From assembly GCA_964016885.1 (NCBI GenBank), contig OZ024760.1, positions 34,782,001-34,846,000 on the forward strand: a stretch of DNA of 64,000 bases, given 5' to 3'. Below, one piece after another: positions 52,765 through 64,000 of this stretch. Position numbers and translations under genes: made by a program. This DNA is from Eledone cirrhosa (taxonomy: Eukaryota). How positions within the stretch are numbered: the first letter of the stretch is position 1; each line of letters begins with the position of its first letter. Under the pieces are notes generated by a model that had not been told where the DNA came from, did not search any database, and worked only from the letters and a program-made list of their open reading frames with translations.

Positions 52765-55700
52765 GTTATATCTATACTGTTTTGTCCTGGTTGATATTCA
52801 AAGGGTTATATCTACACTGTTTTGTCAGGGTTATATCTACACTGTTTTGTCTGGGTTATATTAAAAGGGTTATATCTACACTGGTTTGTCCTGGTTGATA
52901 TTAAAAGGGTTATATCTACGCTGTTTTGTCTGGGTTATATTAAAAGGCTTTTATCTACACTGTGTTGTCTGGGTTATATTAAAAGGGTTATATCTACACT
53001 GTTTTATCTGCGTTATATTAAAAGGGTTATATCTACACTGTTTTGCCTGGGTCATATTAAAAGTGTTATATCTACACTGTTTTGTCTAGTTGATATTAAA
53101 AGGGTTATATCTACACTGTTTTGTCCTGGTTGATATTAAAAAAGTTATATCTACACTGTTTTGTCTGGGTTATATTAAAAGAGTTATATCTATACGGTTT
53201 TGTCCTGGTTGATATTAAAAGGGTTATATCTACACTGTTTTTGTCTCGGTTATATTAAAAGGGCTATAGCTACACTGTTTTGTCCTGGTTGATATTAAAA
53301 GGGTTATATCTACACTGTTTTGTCTGGTTGATATTAAAAGGGTTATATCTACACTGTTTTGTCTGGGTTATATTAAAAGGGTTATATCAACACTGTTTTG
53401 TCTGGGTTATATTAAAAGGGTTATATATATACGGTTTTGTCCTGGTTGATATTAAAAGGGTTATATCTACACTGTTTTTGTCTGGGTTATATTAAAAGGG
53501 TTATATCTACACTGTTTTGTATTGGTTATATTAAGAGGGTTATATCTATACTGTTTTGTCTGGTTGGTATTAAAAGGGTTATATCTACACTGTTTGGTCT
53601 GGGTTATATAAAAAGGGTTATATCTACACTGTTTTGTCCTGCTTGATATTAAAAGGGTTATATCTACACTGTTTTGTCTGTTATATTAAAAGCGTTACAT
53701 CTACACTGTTTTGTCTGGTTTGTATTAAAAGGGTTATATCTACACTGTTTTTGTCTGGGTTATATTAAAAGGGTTGTTTTGTCCTGGTTGATATTCAAAG
53801 GCTTATATCTACACTGTTTTCTCAGGGTTATATCTACACTGTTTTTGTCTGGGTTATATTAAAAGGGTTATATCTACACTGTTTTGTCTGGGTTATATCA
53901 AAAGGGTTATATCTATGCTGTTTTGTCTGGTTGGTATTAAAAGGGTTATATCTACACTGTTTGGTCTGGGTTATATTAAAAGGGTTACAGCTACACTGTT
54001 TTGTCCTGGTTGATATTAAAAGGGTTATATCTACACTTTTTTGTCTGGGTTATATTAAAAGGGTTATATCTATACGGTTTTGTCCTGGTTGATATTAAAA
54101 GGGTTATATCTACACTGTTTTTGTCTGGGTTATATTAAAAGGGTTATATCTACACTGTTTTGTCTGGTTGATATTAAAAGAGTTATATCTATACTGTTTT
54201 GTCTGGGTTATATTAAAAGGGTTATATCTACAGTTTTGTCTAGGTTATATTAAAAGGGTTATATCTACACTGCTTTGTCTGGTTGGATATTAAAAAGGTT
54301 ATATCTACACTGTTTTTGTCTGGGTTATATTAAAAGGGTTATATCTACACTGTTTTGTGTGGGTTATATTAAGAGGGTTATATCTACACTGTTTTGTCTG
54401 GGTTATATTAAAAGGGTTATATCTACACTGTTTTGTCTGGTTGATATTTAAAGGGTTATACCTATACTGTTTGGTCTGGGTTATATTAAAAGGGTTACAT
54501 CTACACTGTTTTGTCCTGGTTGATATTAAAAGGGTTATATCTACACTGTTTTGTCTGGGTTATATTAAAAGGGTTATATCTACACTGGTTTGTCCTGGTT
54601 GATATTAAAACGGTTATATCTACACTGTTTTGTCTGGGTTATATCAAAAGGGTTGTATCTATACTGTTTTGTCCTGGTTGATATTAAAAGGGTTATATTT
54701 ACACTGTTTTTGTCTGGGTTATATTAAAAGGGTTATATCTACACTGTTTTGTGTGGGTTATATTAAAAGGGTTATATCTACATTGTTTTGTCTGGGTTAT
54801 ATTAAAAGGGTTATATCTACAGTTTTGTCTAGGTTATATTAAAAGGGTTATATCTACACTGCTTTGTCTGTTTGGATATTAAAAGGGTTATATCTACACT
54901 GTTTTGTCCTGGTTGATATTAAATGAGTTATATTTACACTGTTTTTGTCTGGGTTATATTAAAAGGGTTATATCTACACTGTTTTGTATGGGTTATGTTA
55001 AGAGGGTTATATCTACACTGTTTTGTCTGGGTTATATTGAAAGGGTTATATCTACACTGTTTTGTCTGGTTGATATTAAAAGGGTTATACCTACACTGTT
55101 TTGTCTGGGTTATATCAAAAGGGTTATATCTATACTGTTTTGTCTGGTTGGTATTAAAAGGGTTATATATACACTCTTTGGTCTGGGTTATGTTAAAAGG
55201 GTTATATCTACACTGTTTTGTCCTGCTTGATATTAAAAGAGTTATATCTACTCTGTTTTGTCTATGTTATATTAAAAGGGTTATATCTACACTGTTTTGT
55301 CTGGTTGGTATTAAAAGGGTTATATCTACACTGTTTTTGTCTGGGTTATATTAAAACGGTTATATCTATACTGTTTTGTCCTGGTTGATATTCAAAGGGT
55401 TATATCTACACTGTTTTGTCAGGGTTATATCTACACTGTTTTGTCTGGGTTATATTAAAAGGGTTATATCTACACTGGTTTGTCCTGGTTGATATTAAAA
55501 GGGTTATATCTACGCTGTTTTGTCTGGGTTATATTAAAAGGCTTTTATCTACACTGTGTTGTCTGGGTTATATTAAAAGGGTTATATCTACACTGTTTTA
55601 TCTGCGTTATATTAAAAGGGTTATATCTACACTGTTTTGCCTGGGTCATATTAAAAGTGTTATATCTACACTGTTTTGTCTAGTTGATATTAAAAGGGTT

Positions 55701-57960
55701 ATATCTACACTGTTTTGTCCTGGTTGATATTAAAAAAGTTATATCTACACTGTTTTGTCTGGGTTATATTAAAAGAGTTATATCTATACGGTTTTGTCCT
55801 GGTTGATATTAAAAGGGTTATATCTACACTGTTTTTGTCTCGGTTATATTAAAAGGGCTATAGCTACACTGTTTTGTCCTGGTTGATATTAAAAGGGTTA
55901 TATCTACACTGTTTTGTCTGGTTGATATTAAAAGGGTTATATCTACACTGTTTTGTCTGGGTTATATTAAAAGGGTTATATCAACACTGTTTTGTCTGGG
56001 TTATATTAAAAGGGTTATATATATACGGTTTTGTCCTGGTTGATATTAAAAGGGTTATATCTACACTGTTTTTGTCTGGGTTATATTAAAAGGGTTATAT
56101 CTACACTGTTTTGTATTGGTTATATTAAGAGGGTTATATCTATACTGTTTTGTCTGGTTGGTATTAAAAGGGTTATATCTACACTGTTTGGTCTGGGTTA
56201 TATAAAAAGGGTTATATCTACACTGTTTTGTCCTGCTTGATATTAAAAGGGTTATATCTACACTGTTTTGTCTGTTATATTAAAAGCGTTACATCTACAC
56301 TGTTTTGTCTGGTTTGTATTAAAAGGGTTATATCTACACTGTTTTTGTCTGGGTTATATTAAAAGGGTTGTTTTGTCCTGGTTGATATTCAAAGGCTTAT
56401 ATCTACACTGTTTTCTCAGGGTTATATCTACACTGTTTTTGTCTGGGTTATATTAAAAGGGTTATATCTACACTGTTTTGTCTGGGTTATATCAAAAGGG
56501 TTATATCTATGCTGTTTTGTCTGGTTGGTATTAAAAGGGTTATATCTACACTGTTTGGTCTGGGTTATATTAAAAGGGTTACAGCTACACTGTTTTGTCC
56601 TGGTTGATATTAAAAGGGTTATATCTACACTTTTTTGTCTGGGTTATATTAAAAGGGTTATATCTATACGGTTTTGTCCTGGTTGATATTAAAAGGGTTA
56701 TATCTACACTGTTTTTGTCTGGGTTATATTAAAAGGGTTATATCTACACTGTTTTGTCTGGTTGATATTAAAAGAGTTATATCTATACTGTTTTGTCTGG
56801 GTTATATTAAAAGGGTTATATCTACAGTTTTGTCTAGGTTATATTAAAAGGGTTATATCTACACTGCTTTGTCTGGTTGGATATTAAAAAGGTTATATCT
56901 ACACTGTTTTTGTCTGGGTTATATTAAAAGGGTTATATCTACACTGTTTTGTGTGGGTTATATTAAGAGGGTTATATCTACACTGTTTTGTCTGGGTTAT
57001 ATTAAAAGGGTTATATCTACACTGTTTTGTCTGGTTGATATTTAAAGGGTTATACCTATACTGTTTGGTCTGGGTTATATTAAAAGGGTTACATCTACAC
57101 TGTTTTGTCCTGGTTGATATTAAAAGGGTTATATCTACACTGTTTTGTCTGGGTTATATTAAAAGGGTTATATCTACACTGGTTTGTCCTGGTTGATATT
57201 AAAACGGTTATATCTACACTGTTTTGTCTGGGTTATATCAAAAGGGTTGTATCTATACTGTTTTGTCCTGGTTGATATTAAAAGGGTTATATTTACACTG
57301 TTTTTGTCTGGGTTATATTAAAAGGGTTATATCTACACTGTTTTGTGTGGGTTATATTAAAAGGGTTATATCTACATTGTTTTGTCTGGGTTATATTAAA
57401 AGGGTTATATCTACAGTTTTGTCTAGGTTATATTAAAAGGGTTATATCTACACTGCTTTGTCTGTTTGGATATTAAAAGGGTTATATCTACACTGTTTTG
57501 TCCTGGTTGATATTAAATGAGTTATATTTACACTGTTTTTGTCTGGGTTATATTAAAAGGGTTATATCTACACTGTTTTGTATGGGTTATGTTAAGAGGG
57601 TTATATCTACACTGTTTTGTCTGGGTTATATTGAAAGGGTTATATCTACACTGTTTTGTCTGGTTGATATTAAAAGGGTTATACCTACACTGTTTTGTCT
57701 GGGTTATATCAAAAGGGTTATATCTATACTGTTTTGTCTGGTTGGTATTAAAAGGGTTATATATACACTCTTTGGTCTGGGTTATGTTAAAAGGGTTATA
57801 TCTACACTGTTTTGTCCTGCTTGATATTAAAAGAGTTATATCTACTCTGTTTTGTCTATGTTATATTAAAAGGGTTATATCTACACTGTTTTGTCTGGTT
57901 GGTATTAAAAGGGTTATATCTACACTGTTTTTGTCTGGGTTATATTAAAACGGTTATATC
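52765..57960 (+). repeat. SINE-free tandem duplication, period 2594 bp
   Basis: 52822/55416, 53674/56268, 54923/57517; boundaries approximate. Confidence 0.88.
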
Positions 57961-58297
57961 TACACTGTTTTGTCCTGGTTGATATTCAAAGGGTTATATC
58001 TACACTGTTTTGTCAGGGTTATATCTACACTGTTTTGTCTGGGTTATATTAAAAGGGTTATATCTACACTGGTTTGTCCTGGTTGATATTAAAAGGGTTA
58101 TATCTACACTGTTTTGTCTGGGTTATATTAAAAGGGTTATATCTATACTGTTTTGTCCTGGTTGATATTAAAAGGATTATATCTACACTGTTTTTGTCTG
58201 GGTTATATTAAAAGGGTTATATCTACACTGTTTTGTGTGGGTTATATTAAAAGGGTTATATCTACATTGTTTTGTCTGGGTTATATTAAAAGGGTTA

Positions 58298-58482
58298 ATA
58301 TAGCGGTGCATTAGCAGTATCAGTAGAGTCGGACACCATGCTTTGAATCATAGTTACGTCCCTTTATGAAGTGAGTTCAAATTCCGCCCCGGTTAACTTG
58401 CCTTTCATCCTTACGGGGTCGATAAAATAAAGTACCAGTAATGTACTGGCTAATTGCTGGCCTTGTGCCAAAAGTAGAAACA
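58298..58482 (+). mobile_element. SINE-like element subtype A' (185 bp), copy 17
   Basis: Same as copy 13, 13843 bp downstream. Confidence 0.85.
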
Positions 58483-59548
58483 GTTATATTAAAAGGGTTA
58501 TATCTACACTGTTTTGTCTGGATTATCTTAAAAGTGTTATATCTACACTGTTTTGTCTGGGTTATATCTACACTGTTTTGTATGGGTTATAATAAAAGGG
58601 TTATATCTACAATGTTTTGTCTGGGTTATATTAAAAGGGTTATATCTACACTATTTTGTCTGGTTGATATTAAAAGGGTTATATCTACACTGTTTTGTCT
58701 GGTTGATATTAAAAGGGTTATATCTATACTGTTTTGTCCTGGTTGATATTAAAAGGGTTATATCTACACTGTTTTTGTCTGGGTTATATTAAAAGGGTTA
58801 TATTTACACTGTTTTTGTCTGGTTGATATTAAAAGAGTTATATCTACACTGTTTTGTCTCGGTTATATTAAAACGGTTATATCTACACTGTTTTGTCTGG
58901 GCTATATTAAAAGGGTTATATCTACACTGTTTTGTCTGGGTTATATTAAAAGGGTTATATCTACACTGTTTTGTCTGGGTTATATTAAAAGGGTTATATC
59001 TACACTGTTTTGTCTGGTTAATATTAAAAGGGTTATATCTACACTGTTTTGTCTGGGTTATATTAAAAGGGTTATATCTATACTGTTTTGTCCTGGTTGA
59101 TATTAAAAGGGTTATATCTACACTGTTTTTGTCTGGGTTATATTAAAAGGGTTATATTTACACTGTTTTTGTCTGGTTGATATTAAAAGAGTTATATCTA
59201 CACTGTTTTGTCTGGGTTATATTAAAACGGTTATATCTACACTGTTTTGTCTGGGCTATATTAAAAGGGTTATATCTACACTGTTTTGTCTGGGTTATAT
59301 TAAAAGGGTTATATCTACACTGTTTTGTCTGGGTTATATTAAAAGTGTTATATCTACACTATTTTGTCTGGGTTATATTAAAAGGGTTATATCTACACTG
59401 TTTTGTCCTGGTTGATATTAAAAGGGTTATATCTACACTGTTTTGTCTGGGTTATATTAAAAGGGTTATATCTACACTGTTTTGTCCTGGTTGATATTAA
59501 AAGGGTTATATCTACACTGTTTTTGTCTGGGTTATATGAAAAGAGTTA

Positions 59549-59738
59549 ATACAACGGTGGATTGGCAGTATCGGTAGAGAGTCGGACACCATGCTTTGAA
59601 GCATAGAGTTACGTCCCTTTATGATCTGAGTTCAAATTCCGCCGAGGTTAACTTTGCCTTTCATCCTTACGGGGTCGATTAAATAAAGTACCAGTAATGT
59701 ACTGGGTATTTTCTGGCCTTGTGCCAAAAGTAGAAACA
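59549..59738 (+). mobile_element. SINE-like element subtype B (190 bp), copy 18
   Basis: Same as copy 15, 12644 bp downstream. Confidence 0.85.
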
Positions 59739-61023
59739 GTTACATTAAAAGGGTTATATCTACACTGTTTTGTCTGGGTTATATTAAAAGTGTTATATCT
59801 ACACTGTTTTGTCTGGGTTATATTAAAAGGGTTATATCTATACTGTTTTGCCCTGGTTGATATTAAAAGGGTTATATCTACACTGTTTTTGTCTGGGTTA
59901 TATTAAAAGGGTTATATTTACACTGTTTTGTCTGGTTGATATTAAAAGAGTTATATCTACACCGTTTTGTCTGGTTGATATCTACACCGTTTTGTCTGGG
60001 TTATATTAAAAGGGTTATATCTACAGTTTTGTCTGGGTTATATTAAAAGGGTTATATCTACACTGTTTTGTCCTGGTTGATATTAAAAGGGTTATATCTA
60101 CACTGTTTTGTCCTGGTCGATATTAAAAGGGTTATATCTACACTGCTGTTGTCTGGGTTATATTAAAAGTGTTATATCTACACTGTTTTGTCTGGGTTAT
60201 ATTAAAAGGGTTATATCTACACTATTTTGTCCTGGTTGATATTAAAAGGGTTATATATATACTGTTTTTGTCTGGGTTATATTAAAAGGGTTATATCTAC
60301 ACTGTTTTGTCTGGGTTATATTAAAAGGGTTATATTTACACTGTTTTGTCTGGGTTATATTAATAGGGTTATATCTACACTGTTTTGTCTGGGTTATATC
60401 TACACTGTTTTGTCTGGTTGATATTAAAAGGGTTATACCTACGCTGTTTTGTCTGGGTTATATTAAAAGGGTTATATCTACAGTTTTGTCTGGGTTATAT
60501 TAAAAGGGTTATATTTACACTGTTTTGTCTGGTTGATATTAAAAGGATTATATTTACACTGTTTTGTCCTGGTTGATATTAAAAGGGTTATATGTACACT
60601 CTGTTGTTTGGTTTATATTAAAAGGGTTATATCTACACTGTTTTGTCTGGGTTATTTTAAAAGGGTTATATCTACACTGTTTTGTCTCGTTGATATTAAA
60701 AGGGTTATATCTACACTGTTTTGTCTGGGTTATATTAAAAGGGTTATATCTACACTGGTTTGTCCTGGCTGATATTAAAACGGTTATATCTACACTGTTT
60801 TGTCTGGGTTTTATTAAAAGGGTTATATCTATACTGTTTTGTCCTGGTTGATATTAAAAGGGTTATATCTACACTGTTTTTGTGTGGGTTATATTGAAAG
60901 GGTTATATATACATTGTTTTGTCTGGGCTATATTAAATGGGTTATATCTACACTGTTTTGTCTGGGTTATATTAAAAGGGTTATATCTACACTGTTTTTG
61001 TCTGGGTTATATTAAAAGGGTTA

Positions 61024-61209
61024 ATATAGCGGTGCATTAGCAGTATCAGTAGAGTCGGACACCATGCTTTGAATCATAGTTACGTCCCTTTATGAAGTGA
61101 GTTCAAATTCCGCCCCGGTTAACTTTGCCTTTCATCCTTACGGGGTCGATAAAATAAAGTACCAGTAATGTACTGGCTAATTGCTGGCCTTGTGCCAAAA
61201 GTAGAAACA
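61024..61209 (+). mobile_element. SINE-like element subtype A' (186 bp), copy 19
   Basis: Same as copy 16, 12644 bp downstream. Confidence 0.85.
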
Positions 61210-62628
61210 GTTATATTAAAACGGTTATATCTACACTGTTTTGTCTGGATTATATTAAAAGTGTTATATCTACACTGTTTTGTCTGGGTTATATTTACAC
61301 TGTTTTGTATGGGTTATAATAAAAGGGTTATATCTACAATGTTTTGTCTGGGTTATATTAAAAGGGTTATATCTACACTATTTTGTCTGGTTGATATTAA
61401 AAGGGTTATATCTACACTGTTTTATCTGGATTATATTAAAAGGGTTATATCTACACTGTTTTGTCTGGGTTATATTAAAAGGGTTATATTTACACTGTTT
61501 TGTCTGGGTTATAATAAAAGGGTTATATCTACAATGTTTTGTCTGGGTTATATTAAAAGGGTTATATCTACACTATTTTGTCTGGTTGATATTAAAAGGG
61601 TTATATCTACACTGTTTTGTCTGGTTGATATTAAAAGGGTTATATCTATACTGTTTTGTCCTGGTTGATATTAAAAGGGTTATATCTACACTGTTTTTGT
61701 CTGGGTTATATTAAAAGGGTTATATTTACACTGTTTTTGTCTGGTTGATATTAAAAGGGTTATATCTACACTGTTTTGTCTGGGTTATATTAAAAGGGTT
61801 ATATCTACACTGGTTTATCCTGGCTGATATTAAAACGGTTATATCTACACTGTTTTGTCTGGGTTACATTAAAAGGGTTATATCTACACTGTTTTGTCTG
61901 GTTGATATTAAAAGGGTTATATCTATACTGTTTTGTCCTGGTTGATATTAAAAGGGTTATATCTACACTGTTTTTGTCTGGGTTATATTAAAAGGGTTAT
62001 ATTTACACTGTTTTTGTCTGGTTGATATTAAAAGAGTTATATCTACACCGTTTTGTCTGGGTTATATTAAAACGGTTATATCTACAGTGTTTTGTCTGGG
62101 CTATATTAAAAGGGTTATATCTACACTGTTTTGTCTGGGTTATATTAAAAGGGTTATATCTACAATGTTTTGTCTGGGTTATATTAAAAGGGTTATATCT
62201 ACACTGTTTTGTCTGGTTGATATTAAAAGGGTTATATCTACACTGTTTTGTCTGGGTTATATTAAAAGGGTTATATCTATTCTCTTTTGTCTGGGTTATA
62301 TTAAAAGGGTTATATCTACACTGTTTTGTCTGGTTGATATTAAAAGGGTTATATCTACACTGTTTTGTCCCGGTTGATATTAAAAGTGTTATATCTACAC
62401 TATTTTGTCTGGGTTATATTAAAAGGGTTATATCTACACTGTTTTGTCCTGGTTGATATTAAAAGGGTTATATCTACACTGTTTTGTCTGGGTTATATTA
62501 AAAGGGTTATATCTACACTGTTTTGTCCTGGTTGATATTAAAAGGGTTATATCTACACTGTTTTGTCTGGGTTATATTAAAAGGGTTATATCTACACTGT
62601 TTTTGTCTGGGTTATATGAAAAGAGTTA

Positions 62629-62818
62629 ATACAACGGTGGATTGGCAGTATCGGTAGAGAGACGGACACCATGCTTTGAAGCATAGAGTTACGTCCCTTT
62701 ATGATCTGAGTTCAAATTCCGCCGAGGTTAACTTTGCCTTTCATCCTTACGGGGTCGATTAAATAAAGTACCAGTAATGTACTGGGTATTTTCTGGCCTT
62801 GTGCCAAAAGTAGAAACA
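62629..62818 (+). mobile_element. SINE-like element subtype B (190 bp), copy 20
   Basis: Subtype B diagnostics; private GAGACGG variant. Confidence 0.85.
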
Positions 62819-64000
62819 GTTACATTAAAAGGGTTATATCTACACTGTTTTGTCTGGTTCATATTAAAATGGTTATATCTACACTGTTTTGTCTGGGTTA
62901 TATTAAAAGGGTTATATCTACACTGTTTTGTCTGGGTTATATTAAAAGGGTTGTATCTATACTGTTTTGTCTGGGTTATATTAAAAGGGTTATATCTACA
63001 CTGTTTTTGTCTGGCTTATATTAAAAGGGTTATATTTACACTGTTTTGTCTGGGTTATATTAAAAGGGTTATATCTACAGTTTTGTCTGGGTTATATTAA
63101 AAGGGTTATATCTACACTGTTTTGTCCTGGTTGATATTAAAAGGGTTATATCTACACTGTTTTGTCCTGGTCGATATTAAAAGGGTTATATCTACACTGT
63201 TGTTGTCTGGGTTATATTAAAAGTGTTATATCTACACTGTTTTGTCTGGGTTATATTAAAAGGGTTATATCTACACTATTTTGTCCTGGTTGATATTAAA
63301 AGGGTTATATATATACTGTTTTTGTCTGGGTTATATTAAAAGGGTTATATCTACACTGTTTTGTCTGGGTTATATTAAAAGGGTTATATTTACACTGTTT
63401 TGTCTGGGTTATATTAATAGGGTTATATCTACACTGTTTTGTCTGGGTTATATCTACACTGTTTTGTCTGGTTGATATTAAAAGGGTTATACCTACACTG
63501 TTTTGTCTGGGTTATATTAAAAGGGTTATATCTACAGTTTTGTCTGGGTTATATTAAAAGGGTTATATTTACACTGTTTTGTCTGGTTGATATTAAAAGG
63601 ATTATATTTACACTGTTTTGTCTGGTTGATATTAAAAGGGTTATATCTACACTCTGTTGTTTGGTTTATATTAAAAGGGTTATATCTATACTGTTTCGTC
63701 CTGGTTGATAGTAAAAGGGTTATATCTACACTGTTTTGTCTGGGTTATATTAAAAGGGTTATATCTACACTATTTTGTCTGGGTTTTATTAAAAGTGTTA
63801 TATCGACACTGTTTTGTCTGGTTGATATTAAAAGGGTTATATCTACACTGTTTTTGTCTGCGTTCTATTAAAAGGGTTATATCTACACTTTTTTGTCTGA
63901 GTTATATGAAAAGGGTTATGTCTACAGTGTTTTTGTCTGGTTGATATTAACAGGGTTTTACAATGTTTTTGTCTGGTTGATATTAAAAGGGATATGTCTA

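Larger units (their letters stand above)
38002..61860 (+). repeat. Large tandem duplication (~10-kb ancestral unit; copies ~38002-49250 and ~49251-61860)
   Basis: Offsets 11249 (38080/49329, 43674/54923), 13843 (44598/58441), 12566 (46611/59177) and 12644 (47053/59697, 48524/61168). Confidence 0.88.
1..64000 (+). repeat. 39-bp satellite tandem array (roughly 1,500 monomers), single orientation
   Basis: Continuous head-to-tail repeats of GGGTTATATTAAAAGGGTTATATCTACACTGTTTTGTCT and close variants (GGTTGATATT-, -TCCT, -TTTTT-). The consensus is ~31% GC and G/T-rich on the + strand. It is interrupted only by the SINE-like inserts. Confidence 0.99.

Noticed and set aside
3-63944. Hundreds of short hydrophobic ORFs (ILKGLYLHCFVWV / YIKRVISTLFCLG / TKQCRYNPFNITQ repeats)
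   Set aside because: The 39-bp monomer equals 13 codons with stop-free frames. Frequent 25-, 37- and 40-bp monomers shift the frame at random, so there is no sign of coding constraint.
1-64000. CRISPR array or other repeat-spacer system
   Set aside because: Repeats are directly adjacent with no unique spacers, the only inserts are copies of one element, and there are no cas or other genes.

Overview
The whole 64 kb is non-coding eukaryotic satellite DNA. It is a head-to-tail, single-orientation array of a ~39-bp AT-rich monomer (consensus GGGTTATATTAAAAGGGTTATATCTACACTGTTTTGTCT), with common GGTTGA, +C and +T variants and shorter 37- and 25-bp forms. The array is interrupted 20 times by a 185-190-bp tRNA-derived SINE-like element with Pol III A/B boxes. 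From memory, not a database search, it resembles an abundant octopus SINE. Every copy has the same orientation, the same monomer phase and the same apparent 18-bp target-site duplication, which points to one insertion later co-amplified with the satellite. Monomer variants and SINE subtypes reveal nested higher-order duplications (about 0.3, 0.55, 1.3, 2.2, 2.6, 2.9, 3.2, 8.4 and ~10-11 kb). The array degenerates at the right end. All ORFs in the track are artefacts of a 13-codon repeat. I found no protein-coding genes, CRISPR array or prokaryotic system. The most notable observations are the Pol III-promoter-punctuated satellite, a quasi-palindromic monomer whose variants repeatedly improve its hairpin, and a reconstructable duplication history.
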